Source: Nitrospirales bacterium
GTDB lineage: Bacteria; Nitrospirota; Nitrospiria; Nitrospirales; UBA8639
Assembly (NCBI GenBank): GCA_965223295.1
Contig: CBDCWC010000002.1
Span: 96,001 to 160,000 of the forward strand
Reading direction: 5' to 3'
Length of the DNA: 64,000 nt
How positions within the stretch are numbered: position 1 is the stretch's first letter; each line of letters begins with the position of its first letter. Of the stretch, positions 50,372-60,121 are shown one piece after another. A program made the translations under genes and the position numbers. A model generated the notes under the pieces. The model did no database searches, was not told the origin of the DNA, and was given only the letters and a program-made list of their open reading frames with translations.

Positions 50372-52696
50372 ATGGAGTTACAGCCTCAGGAATGGTTGCA
50401 GACGATTCGAGAAGAATATCTCCAACGATTTGTTGGACAGGGTGGTTCGTCCGTCAAATTTGTCGTCACGCCTTCTGATTCTGATCGAACTCAGGTTCAA
50501 GAACGCTTGGTCTCCCTGGCTGAAAGGGAACATTATGCCAGTGTGAGTGTTGATGCCAAGGAGACAAAAATTCATATGATGGATAAGTTCTTCCATCAAG
50601 TGGCGCGCCGGGTTCCGTGGGATGAGTTAGCGGCACAATTTGTCCGGCGGTTGCTTCAAGAAAATGGTTACCAGATTCCAGAAGGCAAAGAAGATTTCTG
50701 TATGGCCGGAGTGGCTCGGATGAATGAACGTGCCGAACCCCTGTTGCGGCGCGATTTGAATAGCTGGTTAGAACGAGCGATTTATCGTGATACTCATATG
50801 TGTCAAGAATTTCGGATGGCCATGATTCGCCTTTGCTTGGGACAATTAGATTCTGGGTCTGATAGTTCCTTTATGATTGAACCGATCAAAGCCTGGTTAT
50901 ATGGTGAGTTACGTCAAATTTCCGCAGTGAAAGAAGCCTTGATTTTTCAAAAAATTGTCAGAACCAATGCCCGGTACATGTTTGCATCCTTGTCCCGCTG
51001 GCTGCGTGTCGTTGGAAAAACTGGTCTCGTGGTGTCACTGGATTTAAGCCGATGCTTAGAAAGTAAAAAGCCCGAATCTCCAGAAGGCTTCTACTACGGA
51101 GTCTCCGCGACACTTGATGCCTACGAAATGTTGCGGCAGTTTATCGATGGGACAGATGATTTAGAGAGTCTCATGTTGGTGGTCTTTGTTCCTCCGTCAT
51201 TTTTAACAGATGCACGCCGTGGCCTGAATCGTTATGAGGCATTGAAGCTGAGGATCTGGGATGAAGTTCGTGACCGGCAATACCAAAATCCCTTAGGGGC
51301 ACTGATTCACTTGGGTGGTTTTGCCGATGATCAAGAAAACGTGACGGCCCATGAACTATACGAAGAACAGGCTGCCATGGCCAATGGGAATGTGAGCTAT
51401 CAACGCGCAATGGAAGCGTTACGTGCAGGAGTGCCCAATCGGGATGTTGTCAATATCTTGGGCAGTCACCAACCCGATCTAGAGGGGAAATTTCGGCGGT
51501 TGCTCCAAGAAATGGAAACCCAGGCTCCTCAAGGGATTCCTACCAAAGGATTGGTAATTGAAGGGGGGTTTGGAAGCGGAAAATCCCATCTGCTAAAAGC
51601 GTTACAGCATGTAGCGCTTGAGCAAAACTTTGTCTGTAGCCCAATTGTGATTAGTAAGGAAACACCCTTCTATAATGTCGCCACGCTGTTTCGCGCGGCT
51701 ATTACCGATGCGCTTGTTCCTGGTAAACAGGGAGATGCCTTAACCGAAATAGCGGGAGAGTTGAATTTTCAAAGTCCGCAGTATATCGACTTATTTGATT
51801 GGGCGCATCGAAAACAATCTGGCTGTGATTCCCGATTTGCCGCCACGCTCTATTTGTATGAACGGATGATGAATGATCCAGAGCTCAGCCACCGCATGAT
51901 CCGATTTTGGTCAGGAGATCCTTTGAGCAATGGGCAGCTCAAAAAGTATCTCCAGGGTTGTGCTCCTGAAGAAGAATATGTGTTTGAGAGAGTGTCGGCA
52001 CAGGAGTTGGCTTGGCATCGCTTCCAATTTGTCTCACGCCTGATGATCGCTGCGGGTTACAAGGGTTGGGTCTTGCTTATTGACGAAGCAGAAATTATTG
52101 GCCGTTATTCATTTAAACAACGCACCAAATCCTATGCAGAGGTGGCCCGTTGGATGGGGGTAATGGAAGAAACGGTGTGTCCTGGCATCATGAGTGTGGT
52201 GGCGTTAACCGATGATTTCCAAAGTGTGGTGATGGACGAAAAACAAGACACCAGGAAGATTGAGCAATTATGTCAGGATGGAGAGGCCGTCGGCGGTACC
52301 TATCTGGCGCATTCTGCCCTTCAAGGGATTCGTCTGATTGAGCAAGAGAGTGAGCCGCTTATTCGGCCTTATGAACCGATGGTCGATGCCTTATATGAGC
52401 AACTTCGAGGGCTCCATGGCTCTGCCTATAGCTGGAATCCTCCACCGGTTTCGGCTGTGGAAAAATTGTCCAGTACGCGAATGCGTGAATATGTCAGAGG
52501 CTGGATTACAGAATGGGATTTGCGTCGATTGTATCCCGAAGCTCAGCTCGATATTGAAATTTTAGATGTTTCCCAAACCTATGATGAGGATCAAGAGCTA
52601 GAATCCGCTATCACCGATGACGCAGATAATGTGCAGACCACTGAAGCACAAGAGGCTATGCTTGCCGTTGCCATGGAAAATCAAGCTCCTGTGTGA
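50372..52696 (+). CDS. Fused double DUF2791/BrxD-like P-loop protein (paralogue 3)
   Basis: EALRAGVP, GGFGSGKS, VLLIDEAE. N-domain without P-loop, with RYEALKLRIWD. Confidence 0.8.
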   Translation: MELQPQEWLQTIREEYLQRFVGQGGSSVKFVVTPSDSDRTQVQERLVSLAEREHYASVSVDAKETKIHMMDKFFHQVARRVPWDELAAQFVRRLLQENGYQIPEGKEDFCMAGVARMNERAEPLLRRDLNSWLERAIYRDTHMCQEFRMAMIRLCLGQLDSGSDSSFMIEPIKAWLYGELRQISAVKEALIFQKIVRTNARYMFASLSRWLRVVGKTGLVVSLDLSRCLESKKPESPEGFYYGVSATLDAYEMLRQFIDGTDDLESLMLVVFVPPSFLTDARRGLNRYEALKLRIWDEVRDRQYQNPLGALIHLGGFADDQENVTAHELYEEQAAMANGNVSYQRAMEALRAGVPNRDVVNILGSHQPDLEGKFRRLLQEMETQAPQGIPTKGLVIEGGFGSGKSHLLKALQHVALEQNFVCSPIVISKETPFYNVATLFRAAITDALVPGKQGDALTEIAGELNFQSPQYIDLFDWAHRKQSGCDSRFAATLYLYERMMNDPELSHRMIRFWSGDPLSNGQLKKYLQGCAPEEEYVFERVSAQELAWHRFQFVSRLMIAAGYKGWVLLIDEAEIIGRYSFKQRTKSYAEVARWMGVMEETVCPGIMSVVALTDDFQSVVMDEKQDTRKIEQLCQDGEAVGGTYLAHSALQGIRLIEQESEPLIRPYEPMVDALYEQLRGLHGSAYSWNPPPVSAVEKLSSTRMREYVRGWITEWDLRRLYPEAQLDIEILDVSQTYDEDQELESAITDDADNVQTTEAQEAMLAVAMENQAPV

Positions 52697-52818
52697 AAGT
52701 CTTGTGTTCGGGCAGTGGTACAGCACGACGTAGATTTTGGGCGTGCGACTCATTCAAACGGTTTTGCCCAACTTCTTCCTGATAACTCTGTCGATAGAGT
52801 AAAAAAGAATGAAAAGCG

Positions 52819-53118
52819 TTATGGCATCGTACTGCCAGGTGGGGGGCCTGATCTGAATGGCCGTTTCTCTTCCAGTGGTCGCGCTTCATTCACCACGAGA
52901 ATTCTCCCTCCTAGATCTGTTCCATTCAGAGCATTGATGGCTTCAGAGGCTTCTTCTTGACTGGACATTTCCACAAACCCAAATCCTCGTGACCGTCCTG
53001 TAAATCGATCGGCTATGACCTTGGCCGAGATCACGGTGCCTTGTGATGCGAAGTGATCGTGCAATTCCTGATCAGTGGTTGAAAAGGGGAGGTTTCCTAC
53101 ATAAAGTTTAGCGCCCAT
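52819..53118 (-). CDS. RRM-domain RNA-binding protein
   Basis: KLYVGNL (RNP2), RGFGFVEM (RNP1) and VNEARP motifs. RBS AGGAGG. Confidence 0.95.
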   Translation of the reverse strand: MGAKLYVGNLPFSTTDQELHDHFASQGTVISAKVIADRFTGRSRGFGFVEMSSQEEASEAINALNGTDLGGRILVVNEARPLEEKRPFRSGPPPGSTMP

Positions 53119-53426
53119 CGGTTTCCTCCTAAGGCTATTTCTCGCTCATCCTGTTTGTGTGTTAGCGAAGGGAAACAGGAATGAGAGAGGCTAGATGTAT
53201 GTGGTTCTGAATGATTCGCAGACAGTCGACCCTAGCACTGGATTTCTTACAAATCAACTTCTTGGGCGGGAGAGATTTATGGATATTGCCAGAAGTTCTT
53301 GGCGGTATTGAAGCGTTCTGTCACGAAAATCAGATGCTAAATTTCTGTCAGTATTTATCCGATACTGTTTTCAGAGGAATGCCCTGTTTGAGGGAATGGC
53401 AATTATTCTCAGGTTAGGAAACACTC

Positions 53427-55157
53427 GTGTCGGATGGGACGCTAAACAAAGAAGCACCCTTGCAGGCATATGGCATATGGAGCAAATTTGTAGAGAGCGT
53501 TTTAAGGGGATTGGAATTTCTTTATCAACAGACTATCCCGATATTAACCCTTCTTTTTGGTCTCTGTTTACTGGTGATCTATATTCATATTTCGCAGTTG
53601 AAAACACAAATGGTCGCAACTATTGCCCTCCGGGGTGCTGATACTCATTCCAGGGAATCAAGTGACATGCGTGAGTGGTATTCAATCGAAGCCGTTCAAC
53701 GGCTGCATGTCTTAGGCATTAAAGATTCAGAAGCGTACCGAGAAAAAGAAGGCGCTATTCCTTTGCCTGCGTTGTTAATCCGGAACTTGGGTGGCCAGAT
53801 GTTTTCTGGGAGGCCCGGGGAACGCGTCCGTTTAGTGAGCAAGCATCCGTTCCATCAAGTAGGAGATTCCGAGCAGGTGATGGATTCCTTTCAAGATAAG
53901 GCCTGGACATTTTTAAACCAACATCCTGAGCGGTCTTTTTATCGTGTCGAGCAAGTAGATGGACTTCAATCCCTGCGTTTTGCTACAGCCGCACGTATGC
54001 AGCAAGAGTGCGTCAATTGTCATAATGAGAACGCTGATAGTTTAAAACGTGATTGGCAAGTGGGACAGGTGGGGGGAATAGTAGAAGTCGTCTACCCATT
54101 AGATTCGTTAGAGAAAATCACGAGGATGGACTGGGTCGACTCTTATGGGATGATGGGAGTCTTGGTTCTGCTATGGCTAGGAGGGTTTGGATTAGTTGTG
54201 CTAAAGCTTCGTCGAGTATCCGAAGAGTTAGAAAATCAAGTACGGAATCGGACGTCCGACTTGAATGCCACAAATCGCCAGTTGGAATTGGAAATTTCTG
54301 AACGGCACATAGCGGAAGAGACGCTACGCCAGGCCAGAGATAACCTGGAAAAACGTGTGCAAGAACGAACGGCAAAATTAGCTGCCTCGAATGCCGAAAT
54401 GATCCGAGAAGTGGCCGAGCGGAAAAGGGCCGAAGAAGATATCCGTAAGCTGAATGCGACGCTTCTACAACGTTCTGCGCAATTGGAAGCCAGTAATAAG
54501 GAACTAGAGGCCTTTAGTTACTCCGTCTCTCATGATCTCCGAGCTCCGTTGCGGGGAATTGACGGATTCAGTCAAGCCGTCCTAGAAGACTATGAGGAAA
54601 AATTAGATGAGTCAGGGCGAAATTACTTGAAGCGGGTGCGTGCGGCGAGTCAGCGGATGTCGCAACTCATTGATGCCATGCTGAATTTAGCCCGTTTGAC
54701 TCGAGCGGAAATTCATACGAAAGCCTTTGATATGAGTGTGATCGTAGAGGGAATTTTAGATGATCTACAAAAGCAGGAGCCTGAACGAGAAGTGAAATGT
54801 GTTGTGGCCCGTCATGTATTCGCCACTGCAGATCCGCAACTCATTCGAGCGGTTTTGGAAAATCTCTTAGGTAATGCCTGGAAATTTACTCGACAGCAGC
54901 CCAAGCCTCGGATTGAATTCGGGCATGGTCAGTATAAGGGGCAGGCGGCGTATTTCGTGAAAGACAACGGTGCAGGCTTTGATATGACCTATGCCCACAA
55001 ACTGTTTGGCGCCTTTCAGCGACTGCATGCTTATACAGAGTATCCGGGGGTTGGCGTAGGGTTGGCCACGGTACATCGCATTGTCCAGCGCCATGGAGGA
55101 CAAATTTGGGCAGAGGGCGCAGTCGACAAGGGTGCCAGTTTTCATTTTACATTGTAA
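53427..55157 (+). CDS. Membrane sensor histidine kinase with DUF3365-like heme-c sensor domain
   Basis: Two TM segments flank a domain with CVNCH. Coiled coil, SHDLRAPL H-box, NAWKF and DNGAGF motifs. Confidence 0.92.
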   Translation: MSDGTLNKEAPLQAYGIWSKFVESVLRGLEFLYQQTIPILTLLFGLCLLVIYIHISQLKTQMVATIALRGADTHSRESSDMREWYSIEAVQRLHVLGIKDSEAYREKEGAIPLPALLIRNLGGQMFSGRPGERVRLVSKHPFHQVGDSEQVMDSFQDKAWTFLNQHPERSFYRVEQVDGLQSLRFATAARMQQECVNCHNENADSLKRDWQVGQVGGIVEVVYPLDSLEKITRMDWVDSYGMMGVLVLLWLGGFGLVVLKLRRVSEELENQVRNRTSDLNATNRQLELEISERHIAEETLRQARDNLEKRVQERTAKLAASNAEMIREVAERKRAEEDIRKLNATLLQRSAQLEASNKELEAFSYSVSHDLRAPLRGIDGFSQAVLEDYEEKLDESGRNYLKRVRAASQRMSQLIDAMLNLARLTRAEIHTKAFDMSVIVEGILDDLQKQEPEREVKCVVARHVFATADPQLIRAVLENLLGNAWKFTRQQPKPRIEFGHGQYKGQAAYFVKDNGAGFDMTYAHKLFGAFQRLHAYTEYPGVGVGLATVHRIVQRHGGQIWAEGAVDKGASFHFTL

Positions 55158-55185
55158 GTGACAAATACTAACCAGGGAGGCAATC

Positions 55186-55635
55186 ATGACAAACAAACAC
55201 ATTCTTCTAGTTGAAGATCATCCCGATGATGAAGAGCTGACCATGCGTGCGTTAAAGAAAAACAATATTATGAATGAAGTGGTTGTTGCTCGTGACGGAG
55301 TAGAAGCTTTGGAGTATCTATTCGGGACCGGGGCTCATGCTGGAAGAGATATGAATATTATGCCACAGATCATCTTGTTGGACTTGAAATTGCCTAAAAT
55401 TGATGGCTTGGAGGTCTTGCGACGGTTGCGCGCGGATGATCGCACAAAATTTTTGCCAGTCGTTGTGCTCACGTCCTCCAAAGAGGAACAAGATATTGTG
55501 AAAAGCTATCAATTAGGTGCCAATAGCTATGTGCGCAAGCCGGTAGATTTCCAAGAATTTTCTCAAGCGGTTCAGAACTTAGGACTGTATTGGCTTATAT
55601 TGAATGAGTCAGCGCCCGAGCGAGTTCCGGTTTAA
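55186..55635 (+). CDS. Response regulator (Rcp1-like receiver)
   Basis: [22 protein letters not shown] and GANSYVRKP motifs. Confidence 0.95.
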   Translation: MTNKHILLVEDHPDDEELTMRALKKNNIMNEVVVARDGVEALEYLFGTGAHAGRDMNIMPQIILLDLKLPKIDGLEVLRRLRADDRTKFLPVVVLTSSKEEQDIVKSYQLGANSYVRKPVDFQEFSQAVQNLGLYWLILNESAPERVPV

Positions 55636-55946
55636 TAAATAAGAATCGAGGGAAATTCTGTTTCGAGCTTGTCCTTCCAGATTAGTTGGTTGAAATAGAT
55701 AGCAGTCGGGTGTTTTGCGTCAATAGCTCCGACAAGCCGTCAAATTTTTGGGTCTGTTAGATCGCTGCCAGAATATCCGGTCCCTGTCTCATTGTTGTCT
55801 GCTCCCAGACGACTCTTCCTGTACTTCCGTGGTTTTTTACGTCTCTTTTTTCCGTTGCGGTAGGTTGAAGGGTTCCCTCTTTATCAGGCATATCCCTTGC
55901 TCCTTCCAAGAAAAAAGTCAATGTTTTTCGATGACGGAGGGATGCC

Positions 55947-56339
55947 ATGAGACGACTTCAGGAAATGGAAAATTCGGAACTTCTTTATTCAGACAAACCG
56001 CGACTACATTCGAGGCGAAAAAAGCATATTGATGGGCTACGGTCGGGATCCTCGAAGAGTGGCAAACATCATAGTGGTGGAGTCGGGCAATGTGCGGAAT
56101 GTGGGGGGGAAGTAAAAGTGCTCGTCTCGCCACGGCGTAACCCACATTCCAGTAAACTGGGTCGGGCCGTTTCCATGAAAGATCATGATTTATGCCGCCG
56201 ATGCTGGCGAAAACTCATGTATCAACAACGGCGTGAAGGAGTCATCATGTTGCCGCGTTCTATGTTTATTGGAGGAAAAAAGTTGCGTACTCGCCTTCTC
56301 ATTCCGACGCCTCCGTCATTACCTAGAGAGGCTTCCTGA
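55947..56339 (+). CDS. Basic hypothetical protein with putative zinc finger
   Basis: CAECG ... HDLCRRC. RBS GGAGG before the ATG. Confidence 0.6.
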   Translation: MRRLQEMENSELLYSDKPRLHSRRKKHIDGLRSGSSKSGKHHSGGVGQCAECGGEVKVLVSPRRNPHSSKLGRAVSMKDHDLCRRCWRKLMYQQRREGVIMLPRSMFIGGKKLRTRLLIPTPPSLPREAS

Positions 56340-56400
56340 AAGATATCTCTGGAGCCGCATGGTCTTATAAAGGGATATGTTTGGGAGATAAATTTGATCT

Positions 56401-56967
56401 TTAAGGTGCAGGAACAGGCATCTCTGTCTCTTGAATGAACGCCGATGCGAATGTGCTGTTCTGATACACGACCTTGAGTATCATATTCCCGAATGGACGG
56501 CGGACCACCTTTAACACGACCTGACCATTTTCATACCCTGCTTGGAGTTCTTGCACGTTCTTGTTCAGAAATGCTTGCATCGTCTCATCCGTAAAATCAT
56601 GGGTGAGTTGATAACTATTCCCTAAAATCATTTGAAGTTGCTGGTACCATTCATCATTGTAGCGTCCCATCTCGATGGTAATTTGTGCCAGCTTGGAAGC
56701 GTGGCCAGGAGGTGAGTCAGGCAAGGCCCCCTCGCTAGCGTAGGTGAGGTATAGATAGCGATTTTTATTGGAAAGTTCATAAAGACATTCATGGGCTGTT
56801 GAGCAAGCGGGAAGAGCTTGGATTTCCTGTGGGCTCATGCCAAACTTCAGATCTCGAAATCCATCGATTGGTTCGGCAGCATTGATTGGAGTGCTGTATG
56901 CTAACAGGATGATGGATAGAGTCCCCCAATAGGAAACAAAAGGATTGCTGAAAAGGGTATGATGCAT
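56401..56967 (-). CDS. Exported hypothetical protein
   Basis: Signal peptide then AEPIDGFRDLKFGMS. Confidence 0.7.
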   Translation of the reverse strand: MHHTLFSNPFVSYWGTLSIILLAYSTPINAAEPIDGFRDLKFGMSPQEIQALPACSTAHECLYELSNKNRYLYLTYASEGALPDSPPGHASKLAQITIEMGRYNDEWYQQLQMILGNSYQLTHDFTDETMQAFLNKNVQELQAGYENGQVVLKVVRRPFGNMILKVVYQNSTFASAFIQETEMPVPAP

Positions 56968-57164
56968 AGATTCAATTCCTTCTCTAAGAGTAAACCCTCA
57001 CTGAAGAATGTTGCAGGCTGCAACATCGTGTTTATCCAAAAATTCCAACATATCAGACCTAGTCAGGAAAAGGCGATCTTTGGAGAGAAAAATAGGGGCT
57101 TAGAATGCAAGAAAACGTGAGTGTGTAGGGAGCGGAGAGTCGAGTGCTGGCGGAAAAGAAGAAG

Positions 57165-57446
57165 TTAATACGCAGGTTCTTTAATATGCCAATGCAAATC
57201 ATTCATCAGCCACCATGGACGACGATGATAGCCCTTGTCCAACATGCATTGTTCAATGCGTTGTTGGAGTAATTCCTGTTCGATCACTTCTCCCTTAGTC
57301 GCGCGGTTGATTTGCTGGACACATGCGACTTGTTCGTCGGGGGGGGCTTCATGCCCATCTGATTTCATCCAGGTTGAGCGAGAACAACCAAATGACGCAA
57401 CGCATAGTAAGAGTCCAATGGCGATGACAGGTAAAAATGACTTCAT
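57165..57446 (-). CDS. Small lipoprotein
   Basis: FGC lipobox, C...CM..KGY motif. Confidence 0.7.
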   Translation of the reverse strand: MKSFLPVIAIGLLLCVASFGCSRSTWMKSDGHEAPPDEQVACVQQINRATKGEVIEQELLQQRIEQCMLDKGYHRRPWWLMNDLHWHIKEPAY

Positions 57447-57947
57447 AGGGAACTGGGGAATCTAATGAAACGGAGCAGATCCCAAGACTATTTTTAAAAA
57501 TTAAAAACTCTAACGCATTACTCTAACAACCATTATACAGAATATTCCCGTTAATGCCACATCAAAATATAATGGAGATGAATTGCACCCCATACCTTTG
57601 CATATGTTTGTCGACAACGTTTGAAATCAGGCAGACACTGTTGAATAATTCAATGGCTGAGCTGTACCATTTAATAAATGTTCGAAGCAAACTGAGTATT
57701 TACGAAATTCAAATGAAGACCATATGGGCACCTCTAAAAACTGATGATTTTTTCTGAGGGCAAGGAAGCGGCGCGCGGAAAACCGGAGTGTATGGGCCAA
57801 TACATAAGGATTTGAGCACGACGCTGACGCCACCATCGGGGAAAAGGACAGTTTTCAGAGGTTCCCATATTAACCTTATGGCTTTTTTGATATATTCTTA
57901 GTGGCGTTCTCCAAGATTGCTCAACCTGATCTAGAGGGGTAGATTCA

Positions 57948-59018
57948 ATGAAGAAAAAGTTTCAAGCCATGACAGTACTGATCTTTTGTGGAATGGTAGG
58001 ATTTCCATCTCCCGTTTCCAGCGTATTGGCCCATGAACTTGACCATAATATGGCGATCGACATGATTCTGGCACATGGAAAGATTGTTCCTAATATCGGG
58101 CCATTGCCGACCGCGATACCACAGCCAGCGGCCAATCTCAACTATGCGGCGAAAATCTCGCTCGGCAAACAGCTGTATTTTGATGGGCGTTTGTCAAAGA
58201 ACAATGCGATTTCTTGTGCATTTTGCCACAATCCTGCAACAGGTTTTGCTGACCCCAAACAGACATCAGTGGGTGTGACGGGGGAGCGGGGAGGACGTCA
58301 GGCACCGACAGTGTATAATACGGCGTTCAATCCTTTTCAATTTTGGGACGGGCGGGCAGGATCCTTAGAAGAGCAAGCTATTGGTCCCATTCATAATCCG
58401 ATTGAAATGGCTGAGACTCATGAAAATGTGGTCAAGAAGTTGAACGAGATTCAAGGGTATCGTGACCAGTTTCAAGCCGTGTTTGGATCCGGTGTGAGTA
58501 TTCAGGGGATTGGAGACGCGATTGCGGCTTACGAGCGAACGGTAATCTCAACGAATTCAGCCTTTGATCAATATGTCTTAGGCGATGAAAAAGCCATGGA
58601 TGAATCCGCCCAACGGGGTTTGTCTGTGTTTAAAGGCAAAGGACGATGTATCCTCTGTCATAATGGTTCGAATTTTACCGACAATCGTTTTCACAACACG
58701 GGCGTACCTCAAGTCGGTCCTCAGAAAGAAGATCTGGGCCGATATTACGTGACTCGACATGATCATGATAAGGGTGCATTTAAAACACCGACTTTGCGAA
58801 GTATTACCGAAACCGCTCCTTATATGCATGACGGAGCTTTTCAGACGTTAGAAGAAGTGGTTGATTTTTACAATGCAGGAGGAAAGGCAAATTCTCAATT
58901 AAGCGCCTTGATAAAACCCCTGGGGCTTTCTTCTCAGGAAAAAACAGATTTGATCGAATTTCTCAAGGCCCTAACCGGGGAACCTCTTCCTTTCGAGTTT
59001 CCAGCGTTGCCTGAATAA
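57948..59018 (+). CDS. Diheme cytochrome c peroxidase (bCcP/MauG family)
   Basis: CAFCH and CILCH heme motifs, QFWDGRA, FKTPTLR and APYMHDG. Confidence 0.95.
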   Translation: MKKKFQAMTVLIFCGMVGFPSPVSSVLAHELDHNMAIDMILAHGKIVPNIGPLPTAIPQPAANLNYAAKISLGKQLYFDGRLSKNNAISCAFCHNPATGFADPKQTSVGVTGERGGRQAPTVYNTAFNPFQFWDGRAGSLEEQAIGPIHNPIEMAETHENVVKKLNEIQGYRDQFQAVFGSGVSIQGIGDAIAAYERTVISTNSAFDQYVLGDEKAMDESAQRGLSVFKGKGRCILCHNGSNFTDNRFHNTGVPQVGPQKEDLGRYYVTRHDHDKGAFKTPTLRSITETAPYMHDGAFQTLEEVVDFYNAGGKANSQLSALIKPLGLSSQEKTDLIEFLKALTGEPLPFEFPALPE

Positions 59019-59087
59019 GAGTTTTAAAGTGTGGAACCTATCGAACGAATCTCATTGCCGAAAAATTAGAAAGACGTGAAGAAGGCG

Positions 59088-59957
59088 TTAGAGACTATGC
59101 ACAAAGGCGGGACTGATTTCTCCTCGAGCCACTTCGGTTACTGGTCCCTTCATCGTGACATGATATTGAGGGTCTACGGTAATCAGGAGCGTCCCGCCAG
59201 GGGCTTTAACTGTCACAGGGCTTTTGACAAGGCCTAATCGCACCCCTGCACAGGCGGCGGCGCATGCTGACGAACCTGAGGCCTGGGTTTCTCCGGCGCC
59301 ACGTTCCCAAATCAGGATGGAGATGGCTTTTGGGCCAATGGGAACGGCCAGTTGGACGTTCGTCCGTTTGGGGAAAATGGTGTGATTTTCAAGTTCAGGC
59401 CCGATTTCCAGCAAATCTTTCCGAGACCAACGTTGTTCCTCATGTTTCTTGTAGACTACACAATGAGGATTGCCGATACTGACACCCGTAAATCGAAGAG
59501 ATTGTTCGGCCGCTTTGACGGGTTGCTGAATAAGTTCGGGTACGCGGAGAGTACAGGGTAGGGCAATGGGCTGAAAGATGGCTTGCCCCATATCCACGGT
59601 CGCGCCTCCGATAAAGCCATGGCCATTGAGTTCTAAGTGGACCTCAACCAATCCACCTTTCGTTTCTACCGTAAAGTGTTTTTTCCTGGTGTACTTCATG
59701 TGGAAGAGGTAACAGCCAAAAATCCGCAACCCATTCCCTGACTTTTCCGCTTCACTGCCGTCAGGATTATAAATCCGAAGACCAAAATCCGCTTTTTTGG
59801 AAGGAACAAGTGCCAAAATTCCGTCACTGCCAATGCCCCAATTCCGATCACACAAGGCCCGAATCGTGCGGGGAGTCAATTTGAACGATAATTTGCCTGG
59901 ATTGAGGGCAATATAGTCGTTGCCCAAGCCATGCCCCTTAAAAAAATGATTTTTCAT
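59088..59957 (-). CDS. dapF: Diaminopimelate epimerase-like protein (Ser/Ser active-site variant)
   Basis: K.HGLGNDY, GIGSDG, NPDGSEAEKSGNG, GNPH and WERGAGETQASGSS motifs. Confidence 0.85.
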   Translation of the reverse strand: MKNHFFKGHGLGNDYIALNPGKLSFKLTPRTIRALCDRNWGIGSDGILALVPSKKADFGLRIYNPDGSEAEKSGNGLRIFGCYLFHMKYTRKKHFTVETKGGLVEVHLELNGHGFIGGATVDMGQAIFQPIALPCTLRVPELIQQPVKAAEQSLRFTGVSIGNPHCVVYKKHEEQRWSRKDLLEIGPELENHTIFPKRTNVQLAVPIGPKAISILIWERGAGETQASGSSACAAACAGVRLGLVKSPVTVKAPGGTLLITVDPQYHVTMKGPVTEVARGEISPAFVHSL

Positions 59958-60121
59958 GCCTACTCCGCCGTGGAATGAGTATTTGCCAGGAGAGGACCTT
60001 CCTGAGATCAGTCCTGGCTTTTCGGTAGGACCTGAATTATACGTAAAAAAGACAAAAGAGGAAAGTCCTAATTCCTTGCAGCGGAAGAATTGCGCTAGGA
60101 GAGGGGGTAGAAGATCGTGCT

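Noticed and set aside
47032-52696. Calling the locus a canonical BREX system
   Set aside because: No pglX, pglZ, brxC/pglY, brxL or brxHI-like ORFs are present in the window, and the ATPases have an atypical double-domain architecture.
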